Of a DNA stretch of 64,000 bases, positions 38,642 through 48,718 are shown piece by piece. Source of the DNA: Candidatus Versatilivorator sp. (GTDB lineage: Bacteria > Acidobacteriota > Terriglobia > Versatilivoradales > Versatilivoraceae); the NCBI GenBank assembly GCA_965207735.1, contig OZ242296.1, positions 5,056,001 through 5,120,000 of the forward strand. Direction: 5' to 3'. Under the pieces are notes generated by a model that saw only the letters and a list, made by a program, of their open reading frames with translations, made no database searches and was not told the origin of the DNA. A program made the translations under genes and the position numbers. Numbering within the stretch: position 1 is the first letter of the stretch; each line of letters begins with the position of its first letter.

Positions 38642-41226
38642 CCAGCGACTCGATTTCAAATCCAGGAACTCCAAGGCCATCTGCCCCAAGAAGGATTGCC
38701 TGCCTTCTGGCCGTCACCGCCTTGGGCATCTGCTGCGGTTCCGAATGGGCCGCGGCCGAGCCGGCCTCCCGGGAGCAGCGAGCCAGAGTCATTCTGCTCA
38801 AGGTCGACGGGCTATCGGGCCTCCTGATCGAGGCGGCTCTGGCCCCGCAATCGGAGGCCGCCTTGCGGCTGCCCTTTCCGGGACGCTTCCGAGAAGACTA
38901 CCGGGCCACAAAGACTCTGCTGGCAAGGGAAGAACTGCTCCCCAACATGAAGGAGTATTTTGTCCGTCAGGGAGTGCGTGCCGAAACCATCTTCACCGGC
39001 ACTCTGCCGCTCTCGGCTCCGGTTTGGGCCCAGATCGACTCGGGCCAGCCCAGCATCGTCAAGAGGAACTTTTACTTCAACCGGGCCAGCGGCGCCTCCG
39101 GAGTTTTTCTGAACGGCATGTTCGACTCGGCAGGCAAGCTGATCAAGGGCAGCGGGCGGACCCACGCTCTCTGGGAACTGGATCTGCTGGGGATTCCCAT
39201 TCTGCCGGATGCGTTTCCGCCGGAAAGGGTCTGGAGTTCCCTGCAGATCTTGAGCCGCAAGCGGTCGGCCATACAACTGGGGGCCATGGGCAAGTTCCTG
39301 GTCCGGGCCGGCGAACGAGAGTTCAGGCCGGGGGCCGTGATCCACCAGCACCTCTCCCACCTGGTGGCCTATCCCGACCATGTGGAACGCCTGGACCAAA
39401 GCTTGTCCCTTACCCTGGCCAAGTGGCTCAAGTGGCGGGCCGAGGAAGATCCCTCCGAGACTCTCGACTTTATCACCGCGCTGTTCGTGACGCTCGACCA
39501 CCGTTTTCATGTGGAAAGCTCCTACCGGTCGGTCCTGCACCTGCTGGTCAAGCTGGATGACTGGTTTGGAGAAGTCATGGGGGCGGTGGAGCAGACGGCT
39601 CGCCGGGACCGGACCCTGGTCGCCATGGCCTCCGACCATGGGATGAATCTCTATCCGGTCCACATCAACTACGGGTTCCCCATCAACCCCTGGCTGCGCC
39701 AGCCGGAATTTGGCGGCCACACCGTGTTGTCGCCGGAAGTGGAGGATTCCGATCATTCCTTGACTCGGCTGATTCCCGGGGTGGACTTCGGCAGGGTTTA
39801 CGAGAGCCCGGCATCCCCGTACGGCGAGACTGTGCCCTTCGGGTCCAAGGGGTACTTCACGGCCTTCGCCGCCAATATGGGGAATCCAAGATTCGATCTG
39901 TTTCTGCGCCATTCCGATCTGAACCGACTCCACCTGCTCCTGCTGGAGTCGCTGCGCCTGCGAATCGATGAGGAGAAGCTGGATCGCGTGTTTGAGGTCT
40001 TCCAGCCGGTCTTCCAAAGGGCTCGTCCCTGGTTGGAAGCGGATGCCTACTCCCTGCGGCAGGCCGCGGAGGTGTTCGAGGCGTGGTCGGAGCGGCATCT
40101 TGCGGCCGGAATGCCCTCGGCCAGGGACGCGGGCTCACGACTGGCTTCCGAGTCGAGACTCTATCGCAACCAGGCCACCATCCTACGGCGATTGCTGGCC
40201 GTACCGGTGGAAGAAGAGGAATGGCGCCGGTTCGTGCGGTCGGGTTTTGAAATCGATGGGGTGATCCCCAAAGGATACTTCGGCCCACCCAACAATCTGG
40301 CGGAACTTGCCAGTTACACCGTGGGCTGGGCCAAGCCGGCTACCGAGCGCTGGTCGCAGTCGGGCGAGGCGCCCTTTCGCACCCTGAACTATCCGGAACT
40401 GATTGCCGGCTATCGGGCGCTCAATCCGGATGCCTATGGGAACCGCTACCCCTTCAACCTGTTTGTCGCCCGGATGCCGCTGGAGGAATTGACCGGATGG
40501 AAGGGCCTGCCGCTCCGGCAGGCGCTGTGGCTGCTGGCCTCGGAAGATCGCGGCCAGGCAGTCCTTCTGGAAGCAAGAGACGGGCCCATCTGGTATGCGC
40601 CCCTCAAGAATCGCGGGGAGCTTGAAACGCTCGATGAAGCAGGGGCCGCCGGGTCCAGGGATCCTCTGGGGTACCCCGCCCGGTTGTGGGCACGCTGGCT
40701 CGACCCGCGCCGGTGGGTTTCGGAGACGGCCAGGCTGGACGCCAGCCTGGCCCCGGTGATCCTGGCCGACCTGTTTCGGCCGAACTTCCAGGACTTTTTG
40801 AGCAGCGAAAGTCGTGCCGGCGTTCTGTTGCCGCTGGACGGGTCCGGACGTCGGGAGGAGCTGGTGAGAGCGCTCCGGTTCCGCTTCGAACGGGCCACCC
40901 CCGACTTCCGCGTCTGGATGCGGCACGGCTGGAACGTCAACACCATGGGCCAGCAGCCGGGCGGCAGCCACGGCGGGTTCCTGCCCATGGAGACCCAGAC
41001 CGCCTTCATGGTCTGGGGAGGAGACGCTCTGCGTCTCAAGCGGGGCCGGAAGCTTGCCGGAGCCTTCCTCACCCTGGACATCGCTCCCACCCTGATGGAC
41101 GCTATCGGAAGGCTCGATCCCGTCAGCCGGCGGATCGTTCCCGATCCGGACCACGCCTCGCCGCCCGATTTCCCTCCCTATCCCGGTCGGATCATTCCCA
41201 TTCGGCAGCAGGCTGCCAATCCGTGA
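38638..41226 (+). CDS. Alkaline-phosphatase-superfamily (NPP-like) protein with a large insertion
   Basis: LLKVDGL, PLSAPVW, DHRFH, ASDHGM, GGSHGG and LDIAPTL. Confidence 0.78.
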   Translation: MTSDSISNPGTPRPSAPRRIACLLAVTALGICCGSEWAAAEPASREQRARVILLKVDGLSGLLIEAALAPQSEAALRLPFPGRFREDYRATKTLLAREELLPNMKEYFVRQGVRAETIFTGTLPLSAPVWAQIDSGQPSIVKRNFYFNRASGASGVFLNGMFDSAGKLIKGSGRTHALWELDLLGIPILPDAFPPERVWSSLQILSRKRSAIQLGAMGKFLVRAGEREFRPGAVIHQHLSHLVAYPDHVERLDQSLSLTLAKWLKWRAEEDPSETLDFITALFVTLDHRFHVESSYRSVLHLLVKLDDWFGEVMGAVEQTARRDRTLVAMASDHGMNLYPVHINYGFPINPWLRQPEFGGHTVLSPEVEDSDHSLTRLIPGVDFGRVYESPASPYGETVPFGSKGYFTAFAANMGNPRFDLFLRHSDLNRLHLLLLESLRLRIDEEKLDRVFEVFQPVFQRARPWLEADAYSLRQAAEVFEAWSERHLAAGMPSARDAGSRLASESRLYRNQATILRRLLAVPVEEEEWRRFVRSGFEIDGVIPKGYFGPPNNLAELASYTVGWAKPATERWSQSGEAPFRTLNYPELIAGYRALNPDAYGNRYPFNLFVARMPLEELTGWKGLPLRQALWLLASEDRGQAVLLEARDGPIWYAPLKNRGELETLDEAGAAGSRDPLGYPARLWARWLDPRRWVSETARLDASLAPVILADLFRPNFQDFLSSESRAGVLLPLDGSGRREELVRALRFRFERATPDFRVWMRHGWNVNTMGQQPGGSHGGFLPMETQTAFMVWGGDALRLKRGRKLAGAFLTLDIAPTLMDAIGRLDPVSRRIVPDPDHASPPDFPPYPGRIIPIRQQAANP

Positions 41227-41238
41227 GGCGTGCAGTCT

Positions 41239-41342
41239 GGTTGCCTGAAACAACCGAAAAAAGACAAAAGAAAAAGAGCTATCCACGAAGGGCCACGAAG
41301 AACGACGAAGGGCCACTAAGGCGTTGAGGTTAACCGCGACGG
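41239..41342. repeat. Dispersed repeat family B, copy 1
   Basis: CTGAAACAACCGAAAA...ATCCACGAAGGGCCACGAAGAACGACGAAGGGCCACTAAGGCGTTGAGGTTAACCGCGACGG. Inverted copy at 43461-43570 and partial copy at 33912-33942. Confidence 0.88.
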
Positions 41343-41382
41343 GATACCAAGGTTGCGAAGGGATGATCGATTTCCAATGGTT

Positions 41383-42360
41383 TCACTCTCGCATGAACCG
41401 CACTGCAGGGCGGGGGCGGGACTTGTCGGGAACCGCCTTAACCCAGAGGGCGCGGTGATCGGAGAATCCGATCCTTTGCACGCGTCGGTCCTGGGCCTTC
41501 AATTTCCTGAGAAAGATCCAATCCAGCTTGAGCGGAGCCCAGGCATGGGTGCGCCCGGTTTGGGTAAAGGGTGTGGTGTATCCGTAAGTCTTCAGCCTGG
41601 CCAAAACGGGCCTGACCTGGCGATGGAGGAAGGGCAGGGGAAGCAGGTTTTCAACCCAGAGATAGTTCTGGGTGTTGAGGTCGCCGGCGATCAGAGAGGC
41701 TTGGGGCAGTTTTGAGGCGGCCTCGAGCACGGGATGAAGCTGCCGGCAGCGCTGTTTCAGGTTGATGCGGGTGTCCAGATGGAGGTTGACCAGGCCGACG
41801 GCGCCCAGGGGTGTGGCCGCAATGGCGGTCAGGGCAATGCGGCAGCGATTGTTGACCTTGAGGATAAAGCGGGGCAGATGGATGACCTCGGGGTCTTGCA
41901 GGGGGTAGCGGCTGAGAATGGCCAGTCCCTGGGCGCCGTTTTCTCCCACTCGCTGAGCCGGGGCGAAGAGATAGTCATAGCCGAGGTGTTTGGCAAGCCG
42001 GTCGATTACAAGGGAGCCCCGATCGGGGTGGTGCTCGACTTCCTGGAAGAAGAACAGATCGGACTGGAGGAGCTGGACCCTTTCCAGTTCCCGTTGAATA
42101 TTGCGGAAGGAAGTCTCGGTGGCCAGATTCAGGCTGGTGGCTGTCAGGCTGAGGGCCGGGGAGCGGACCGCCTGGTGGAATCTGCCGAATCGGGGGGCGA
42201 CCTCCAGGCACACCGGCCGGGTTCCACCCTCGCCGGGGATGGCGAGCGCCGAAAGGGTCAGAAAGACCGGCAGTAGACACTTGATAGTGAATCGGAAGCA
42301 GCCGTTGAAAAAACGGTTACACGATATTGTCGCCGGGAAAATGTTTCCTCGCACACTCAC
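41383..42360 (-). CDS. Endonuclease/exonuclease/phosphatase (EEP) family protein
   Basis: SLNL, FQEV, GLAILSRYP, NLHLD, AGDLN, LDWIF and SDH. Start uncertain. Confidence 0.88.
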   Translation of the reverse strand: MSVRGNIFPATISCNRFFNGCFRFTIKCLLPVFLTLSALAIPGEGGTRPVCLEVAPRFGRFHQAVRSPALSLTATSLNLATETSFRNIQRELERVQLLQSDLFFFQEVEHHPDRGSLVIDRLAKHLGYDYLFAPAQRVGENGAQGLAILSRYPLQDPEVIHLPRFILKVNNRCRIALTAIAATPLGAVGLVNLHLDTRINLKQRCRQLHPVLEAASKLPQASLIAGDLNTQNYLWVENLLPLPFLHRQVRPVLARLKTYGYTTPFTQTGRTHAWAPLKLDWIFLRKLKAQDRRVQRIGFSDHRALWVKAVPDKSRPRPAVRFMRE

Positions 42361-42380
42361 AGATATTGAACGTTTGCAGG

Positions 42381-42415
42381 ATGCATCCAGCGACCCGGTG
42401 AGAAATGCGGGCTAG
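42381..42415 (-). repeat. Solo copy of the MITE end, an unoccupied intron target
   Basis: Minus strand reads CTAG-CCCGCATTTCTCACCGGGTCGCTGG, against CTAG-CCCGCATTTCTCA|CCAGGCCGCTGG at 18252. Confidence 0.8.
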
Positions 42416-43431
42416 GGCCAGGGGCGTCCGGCATCGGTGGCCTGGATCATGCGCTCCAGCCTGTCGGCAATGTAGCGGGTGCCGATGGCAATCAGCTTCT
42501 CCCCTTTTTCCGTGCTGGCCAGCAGGGCCTGCTCCTGACGGGCGCGGTCTCTGGGGTTTTCGGGGTTGGTGGTCCGCTGGGCATCGAAGGGTTCCATATA
42601 CTCCCAGACCTTGGGCGGCATGTCCGATTCATAGTTCAGACCGGCCCGGTCGTATTCCTCCAGGGTGACGAAACGCACCCGGTCCGGATAGGCGGCCATG
42701 ACGATCGAGGTTTCGTTTTCGGAGGCATGGCTGTGGCCGGTCTGGCGGGCGAGTGTGTCCAGCTCCCCGTCCAGCTTCTGCCGGTAGGAGGTCAGGAAGG
42801 TGGCCAACTCCTCCTCCTTGTAACCCTCCCCGTAGGAGACGGCATCCAGGGTGACGCCCAGTTTGCGGCGCCACTCCGGGACCGCCCCCTTGAGCAGGCC
42901 ATGGTTTCCCCCGTGGCCGTTGACCACCAGGATGGTGCCGAACCCGTGAGCGGTGAGGCTTTCGATCACGTCGAAGACATAAGCCAGAAAGGTTTCCTTG
43001 CGCAAGGTGAGGGTTCCCTTGCGGGCCATGTGATATGGGGAGTAACCCACCGGGCAGGGCGTGGAGACCGTCACCCGGGGGTAGAGCCGGAGGGCGGCCT
43101 GTTGAGCAAACAAGGTGGCGGTGGCGGCGTCTGTGATCAGCGCCAGGTGTTCGTTGTGCTGCTCGGTGGATCCGGTAGGCACGATGGCCGCCTTGAGATC
43201 GCCGCTCTGAAGAGCTTCCCGGACTTCCTTGCGGGTTCGTTCCCACAGCAGAACTTTCTGGGGATGGACAAAGCCGGAGGAAGAGCCGGCCATGGAGGAG
43301 GAGATCAGGGGGGCGGAGCGAGAATCGTAGGCCGCTGCCGGAGCAGAAGTGGGGGACCCAAGGATGGATCCGGCAGCCCCGGCGGCGCCCAGGGATTGCA
43401 GAAACCTTCGACGAGAAAACCCTGGTTGCAT
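42412..43431 (-). CDS. Creatininase-family amidohydrolase with Tat signal
   Basis: SRRRFL, PTGSTEQHNEHL, D, NGHGGN and HASENETS. Confidence 0.9.
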   Translation of the reverse strand: MQPGFSRRRFLQSLGAAGAAGSILGSPTSAPAAAYDSRSAPLISSSMAGSSSGFVHPQKVLLWERTRKEVREALQSGDLKAAIVPTGSTEQHNEHLALITDAATATLFAQQAALRLYPRVTVSTPCPVGYSPYHMARKGTLTLRKETFLAYVFDVIESLTAHGFGTILVVNGHGGNHGLLKGAVPEWRRKLGVTLDAVSYGEGYKEEELATFLTSYRQKLDGELDTLARQTGHSHASENETSIVMAAYPDRVRFVTLEEYDRAGLNYESDMPPKVWEYMEPFDAQRTTNPENPRDRARQEQALLASTEKGEKLIAIGTRYIADRLERMIQATDAGRPWP

Positions 43432-43460
43432 CGCACAATCTCCTTCGCGACCGTGACATT

Positions 43461-43570
43461 CCGTCGCGGTTAACCTCAGCGCCTTAGTGGCCCTTCGTCG
43501 TTCTTCGTGCCCCTTCGTGGATAAGTCTTTTTCTTTGTCTCTTGTCGTTTTTCGGTTGTTTCAGACAAGC
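43461..43570. repeat. Dispersed repeat family B, copy 2 (inverted)
   Basis: Reverse complement of 41239-41342 with a few differences and a short indel. Confidence 0.88.
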
Positions 43571-44557
43571 CTACCGCTTGAAAAAGAAGTCCTCGGCGGT
43601 CTTGATCAGGATCTGCTCCTTGTCCGCCGGGCTGAGAAAGTCGGCATGGTCCCGAATGAGGGCCACGGCCGGTTCAATTCCGTGCGGAGGGTCGGGCAAG
43701 GGATGCCTGGAGGGGCGGTCGGGAGGGAAAGGCGCATCGCTCTCCCACATACATCGTTCCGGACCGAAGGCCGCCACCACCCTCTTGATCAAGGGCAGCA
43801 GACTGGTGTAGGGAGGGGTTCTGCCTCGACTGTAGAAGGCTCCCACTTTCATCATGACCCGCTTGTGGTCGGCCATGCGCAGCAGGGCGGTCACTTCCTC
43901 TTCGGAGGAGCCCTCGTTAACCCCGGCCAGGTGGTCCAGGATGATGGGAGTTTCCGGGTAGCGGCTGCACATGCGGTCGATTTCGGGGAGATCCCGGGGG
44001 CCCATCAGGAAGCTCAGCGCCAGGTTGTGGTCGGCCCCCGCCTTGAACATTTTGTCGAATCCGGGGTGGTCCATCCACTGCGGGCCTCCTCCGAGGGGAG
44101 GACGGGTGCTGCCGCCGCGTACGCGAAAGGCGTAGACGCCCTGTTTGGAGAGTGCCACCATGGTCCGGTCGGGGCCGGCCAGGGAGACGTCGGTGACCGC
44201 CGGAATGATGCCGGTGCCTACGAAGTGTTCGGGGTCGTTGGCGATGACGTCCAGGATGTAGGAGTGGTCGAGGCCGTACCAGGTCATCTGGATCAGGTTG
44301 ATCTTGCCTACTCCGGACCGATGAGCCTCCTCGAGGAGCCTCTCCGCCGAAAAGCTCGGCACCCAGAGGTCTTCGGGCGTGAAGCCGTCAGCAAGCGGAA
44401 AGCGCTTGTGGTCGGAGCTCCAGATGTGAACGTGGGCATCCACGATGCGATGTTCGGTGGGCTTCGGTTTGGTGGGGTCCTTGCTGCCGCACGCCGCCGC
44501 CATCAGTCCGGCCCCTCCGGCTGCCAGCAGCCATTCGCGCCGGCTCATGCTGTCCAT
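43571..44557 (-). CDS. Amidohydrolase-2 family protein (lactonase-like), Tat lipoprotein
   Basis: SRREWL...AAC, DAHVH, ILDHLA and FGPERCMWESD. Confidence 0.88.
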   Translation of the reverse strand: MDSMSRREWLLAAGGAGLMAAACGSKDPTKPKPTEHRIVDAHVHIWSSDHKRFPLADGFTPEDLWVPSFSAERLLEEAHRSGVGKINLIQMTWYGLDHSYILDVIANDPEHFVGTGIIPAVTDVSLAGPDRTMVALSKQGVYAFRVRGGSTRPPLGGGPQWMDHPGFDKMFKAGADHNLALSFLMGPRDLPEIDRMCSRYPETPIILDHLAGVNEGSSEEEVTALLRMADHKRVMMKVGAFYSRGRTPPYTSLLPLIKRVVAAFGPERCMWESDAPFPPDRPSRHPLPDPPHGIEPAVALIRDHADFLSPADKEQILIKTAEDFFFKR

Positions 44558-44569
44558 GACTGACCTCCC

Positions 44570-45616
44570 TCAACCTTCCCGCTTCACCTCGGAGTGGGAG
44601 CGGGCAATTTCGGCGATGACCGCCTTGTCCTGCTCAGCAACCTGGGTTCCCGGCGGCCTGACCGGCCCACCGGCCCGCCCCAGCGACTCCAGGGCCACCT
44701 TGATGGCGCTGATGCCATACCCGGGCTGAACCCCGCGCAGCTTGACCACCGGCTCGATCTTGTCCTTGAGCACCCGGTTCATCGGTTCCTTCTCTCCCGC
44801 CACGCCGTGCTTCCAGAAGGCGTGGCTGGCCTGGGGAACGAAAGTGGCCACCGCGGTGGTGTAGGCGCGGCCGCCCACCGGCAGGGTCTTGGCGGCGTGG
44901 CCCTCGCCTTCGGCCACCCAGAGGAAGTCGTCCGGAACCAGGTCGCCCAGGGCCAGACCCACCTGGGTGTCGCCGCTGGGGTCCTTGAAGCCGATGACGT
45001 TCTCGATCCGCGACAGTCTCTTCAACAGGCCAGGCCAGTACTCCTCGGACCGCGGATAGATGAGCACTCCGATGTCGACCGCCTTGGCCACGTCCAGGCA
45101 GCAGCGGTAGGTGCCCTCCTCCAGGCCCCAGCGGGAGCCCGGCGGAAAGATCAGCACGGCATCGGCCCCCGACTGTTCCGCATTGCGGGCCATGCTCAAT
45201 GCGTTGCGGTATCCGCCGCCGACCCCCGCCACCACCGGCATTTTCCCGTCGGCCCCGGCCACCGCCGCCGTGACCAGCGCCCGATGCTCTTCGATGTCCA
45301 GGCTGTAGAGCTCGCCCAGTCCCCCGGCAACCACGATGGTCATATTCTGGTGGAAGCCGCGGGCGTGATCGGCCACGTTGCGACGGAGCCCCTCCGAATC
45401 CAGCTCGAAGTCGGGGTGAAAGGTGGTGACCATGAAGTTGTGCACGCCCTGCAGGGACTGAATCAGATCCCTGCGGTTGCGGGCCTTTCCCGACCGTGGA
45501 GCGGCCTGGCAGGCGGCCATGGGACCCAGTGCCAGAGTTCCGGCGACCAGCGCAAGGTTCTGAACGAATCCTCTTCTGCTGTGTTCTCTCATGGCGCGTC
45601 TCCGGTTTCTTGCCAC
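44570..45616 (-). CDS. DHDPS-family protein (5-dehydro-4-deoxyglucarate dehydratase-like) with Tat/lipoprotein signal
   Basis: SRRGFV...AAC, GGLGELYSL, PVVAGVG and NVIGFKD. Start may be ATG 45592. Confidence 0.85.
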   Translation of the reverse strand: MARNRRRAMREHSRRGFVQNLALVAGTLALGPMAACQAAPRSGKARNRRDLIQSLQGVHNFMVTTFHPDFELDSEGLRRNVADHARGFHQNMTIVVAGGLGELYSLDIEEHRALVTAAVAGADGKMPVVAGVGGGYRNALSMARNAEQSGADAVLIFPPGSRWGLEEGTYRCCLDVAKAVDIGVLIYPRSEEYWPGLLKRLSRIENVIGFKDPSGDTQVGLALGDLVPDDFLWVAEGEGHAAKTLPVGGRAYTTAVATFVPQASHAFWKHGVAGEKEPMNRVLKDKIEPVVKLRGVQPGYGISAIKVALESLGRAGGPVRPPGTQVAEQDKAVIAEIARSHSEVKREG

Positions 45617-45774
45617 TCCAACCCGCGGTCAGGACCGGCTGACCTAACTCGGCGCCATCATACTTGGTTGACCGGCGGCCAGCAACCCCCATCTGGCCGC
45701 CCTCGACCCCATTGACAAGGCGCTTTCGGTCTGGATAGTCTCTCCCGGAAGCAAGACCGTTTCGGGAGGGAAGA

Positions 45775-46860
45775 GTGGTTCCGGTTTCCGGAGAAGAGGC
45801 GCGGCGGTCCTTCTGGTCGGGACGTCCGGTCATCGACTGCGACCTGCACAACGAAGTGCCCTCGCTGGAGGTGCTGAAGCCCTATCTGGCCGACCACTGG
45901 TGCGCCTATATCGAGGAGTCGGCCTTTCGGGGGCCGGATGCCGACGACTATCCCAAGGGAGCGCCAACCTCCATTCGACCGGGACTGGACTGGGAGGGAG
46001 AGGTGGAGGGGCAGCTTGCCCTCATGCAGGAGCAGGTGCTCGACCCGCTCCAGATCGAATTCGGTGTGCTGGACTGCGCCTACCGGGTTCAGGGGGTGCA
46101 CGACCCCAACCTGGCCGCGGCCCTGGCCTCGGCCATCAACCGGTGGCAGGTCGAGCACTGGTTGGACAAGGATCCCAGGTTGCGGGCTTCCATTGTGGCC
46201 CCCACCCAGAGCCCGGTGCTGGCGGCAAGGGAAGTCGACCGCTGGGGCGCCGATCCCCGTTTCGTACAGGCGGTCATGCCGGTCCGGTCGCTCATCCCGT
46301 ACGGCAACCGGATTTACGATCCCATCTATGAGGCGGCCACCCGCCACGATCTGGTGGTGGGGATTCAGTTCGGAGGAGCCCCCGGCCATCCCCCCACCCC
46401 CAGTGGCTGGCTCTCCACTTATCTGGAGGAGTACGCCGCCATGGCCCAGGTCTTTCAGTCCCAGGTGACCAGTTTGATCGTGGAAGGCGTGTTCGACCGC
46501 TTTCCCGACCTGAGAGTGGCTTTGATCGAGGCGGGCTGCACCTGGATGCCTTCGCTGATGTGGCGGCTCGACAAGGAGTGGCGGGGCCTGCGCCGAGACA
46601 TCCCCTGGGTCAAGCGCCCGCCCTCCGAATACATCCGCCGGCACATCCGACTCACGCTGCAGCCCGTGGATGCTCCGCCGTCTCCCGGGCAGCTCCTGGA
46701 GGTCATCGGCCAACTGGACTCCGACGAGATGCTGATGTTCGCCACCGACCATCCCCACTGGCACTTCGATCGCCTGGAAGAGGCCTTTCCGGCAGGCTTG
46801 TCCGAGTCCCTTGCCCGCCGGATACTGGCCGAAAACGCCCGCTCCTTTTACCGGCTCTAG
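45775..46860 (+). CDS. Amidohydrolase-fold protein (DxDxH type), subunit 1
   Basis: IDCDLH, EGVFDRFP.L and FATDHPHW. Confidence 0.88.
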   Translation: MVPVSGEEARRSFWSGRPVIDCDLHNEVPSLEVLKPYLADHWCAYIEESAFRGPDADDYPKGAPTSIRPGLDWEGEVEGQLALMQEQVLDPLQIEFGVLDCAYRVQGVHDPNLAAALASAINRWQVEHWLDKDPRLRASIVAPTQSPVLAAREVDRWGADPRFVQAVMPVRSLIPYGNRIYDPIYEAATRHDLVVGIQFGGAPGHPPTPSGWLSTYLEEYAAMAQVFQSQVTSLIVEGVFDRFPDLRVALIEAGCTWMPSLMWRLDKEWRGLRRDIPWVKRPPSEYIRRHIRLTLQPVDAPPSPGQLLEVIGQLDSDEMLMFATDHPHWHFDRLEEAFPAGLSESLARRILAENARSFYRL

Positions 46861-46869
46861 ATCGAGCCT

Positions 46870-47026
46870 TTGATTAACATCGATGCGCAGGATGCACAGG
46901 ATTTGTTCAGGAAACGCCCAGTTTCCATTCTTGAGCATCCGCAATCCCGCCTCTCATCATTGCCGGAGCCGGCTTCTCGTGCAGCAGCGTCCCGTACTGG
47001 TTATCCTGTGCATCGATGTTGATTAT
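46870..47026. repeat. Dispersed repeat family A, copy 2 (inverted)
   Basis: Shares TCATTGCCGGAGCCGGCTTCTCGTGCAGCAGCGTCCCGT and both arms with the reverse complement of 34265-34430. Confidence 0.88.
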
Positions 47027-47108
47027 GAAAAAATATCGATCCCCCACGCGTGTTAAGATGGGAACGCCTGGGGACAAGACCAGGCGGGGCACTGGAGAGC
47101 TCACAATA

Positions 47109-48209
47109 ATGGCGACAGCGATAAGCTCAACACCATCCCCGACCGACCGCAAAAAGTCGCAGTTGGAGGTCATCGACTGCGACATCCACAACATCATCCC
47201 CTCCAATGAGACCCTCTACAAGTACCTGCCGGAGCGCTGGCGCCGGCACCATCAGAGGTTCGGACTTCGCGGCCATCTGGGAGGAAATTATCCGCGGGCG
47301 CTGATGAACGCCGCCCGGCACGATGCCTGGCCGCCTTCGGGATTGCCGGCGGGCTCGGATCTGGAGTTCATGCGGGAGCAGTTGCTGGACGCCTATGACA
47401 TCCGATACGGCATCCTCAACTGCCTTTACGGGGCCGGCGGTCAACTCAACCTGGAGTACGGGGCCGCGCTGGCCCGGGCGATCAACGACTGGCAGATCGC
47501 CGAGTGGCTGGAACCGGAGCCCAGGCTGCGCGCCTCCATTGTCGTTCCCTACGAGGATGGGGAACTGGCGGCGGAAGAGATCGATCGGGTGGGAGGCCAT
47601 CCGGGATTCGTTCAGGTCCTCATGCTGGTTCGGACCAACGAGCCCCTGGGCCGGCCCAGGTACCGCAAGATCTACCAGGCCGCGCTGCGCCACCAACTGC
47701 CGGTGGGCATCCATTTCGGCGGCGCTGGCGCAGGACCCATTACCGGGGCCGGCTGGCCCTCCCACTACATCGAGGACCATGGGGGCATGCCCCAGGCCTT
47801 TCAGGCCCAGGTCATCAGCTTGGTTTGCGAGGGTGTGTTCGAGCAATTTCCCGCGTTAAAAGTGGCCCTGATCGAAGGGGGCTTCGCCTGGCTGGCTCCG
47901 CTCATGTGGCGGTTGGACCACGGTTGGCGCAAGCTTTCCGAGGAGATCCCCGCGCTCCGGCACCCGCCATCCACCTACGTTCGGAAGCATTTCTGGTTCA
48001 CCTCCCAGCCGATGGAAGAGCCTCCCCAGCCGCGCTACTTCCGGCAATTGCTGGAGCAGATGGACACCGATGACCGAATGATGTTTGCCACCGACTATCC
48101 GCACTGGGACTTCGATTCCCCGGAGAGCGCTCTGCCGGCCGGCTTGGCTCTGGAGTTGAAGAAGAAAATCATGTCGGAGAACGCGCGCGGGCTCTATGGT
48201 CTTGACTAG
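47109..48209 (+). CDS. Amidohydrolase-fold protein (DxDxH type), subunit 2
   Basis: IDCDIH, VGIHFG, YIEDH, QPMEE and FATDYPHWD. ATG 47109 follows GGAGAG; the longer ORF start lies in the repeat. Confidence 0.88.
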   Translation: MATAISSTPSPTDRKKSQLEVIDCDIHNIIPSNETLYKYLPERWRRHHQRFGLRGHLGGNYPRALMNAARHDAWPPSGLPAGSDLEFMREQLLDAYDIRYGILNCLYGAGGQLNLEYGAALARAINDWQIAEWLEPEPRLRASIVVPYEDGELAAEEIDRVGGHPGFVQVLMLVRTNEPLGRPRYRKIYQAALRHQLPVGIHFGGAGAGPITGAGWPSHYIEDHGGMPQAFQAQVISLVCEGVFEQFPALKVALIEGGFAWLAPLMWRLDHGWRKLSEEIPALRHPPSTYVRKHFWFTSQPMEEPPQPRYFRQLLEQMDTDDRMMFATDYPHWDFDSPESALPAGLALELKKKIMSENARGLYGLD

Positions 48210-48262
48210 GCTCCTCCCCAACCCGCCGGCCACAGCTCTTGGGGCGCCCCCCCTGAAATCGG

Positions 48263-48718
48263 ATGAGCCCAATGGCTGAGCACGTGGTGGCCACCCTTGG
48301 CGAGATACCGCCCGGCGGCCGGAAGATTGCCGAGGTCGAAGGCCGATCCATCGGCGTCTTCAACCTGAACGGCCGGTTCTTCGCCCTCTTGAATCGGTGT
48401 CCCCACCAGGGAGGCCCCCTCTGTCTGGGACAGCAGTCCGGTTTGCTCCAGGCCCGGGTTCCGGGCGAGTACAGCTATTCGCGCATCGGCGAGATCGTCC
48501 GCTGCCCCTGGCACGGTTGGGAGTTCGATCTCAAGACGGGGCGGTCCTGGTTCGATCCGGTTCGGACCCGGGTTCGCAACTATCGGGTTCGGGTGGAGAC
48601 CAGGGAATCCGAATGCGGGGGTTGTGAGGAGGAAGCCGGCCCCCGGCCGGGACCCTATCGGGCGGAAACCTATCCGGTTTCGGTCCGGCAGCAATACGTG
48701 GTGGTCGAGATTCCCTGA
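48263..48718 (+). CDS. Rieske 2Fe-2S ferredoxin
   Basis: CPHQGG and CPWHGWEFD. Confidence 0.92.
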   Translation: MSPMAEHVVATLGEIPPGGRKIAEVEGRSIGVFNLNGRFFALLNRCPHQGGPLCLGQQSGLLQARVPGEYSYSRIGEIVRCPWHGWEFDLKTGRSWFDPVRTRVRNYRVRVETRESECGGCEEEAGPRPGPYRAETYPVSVRQQYVVVEIP

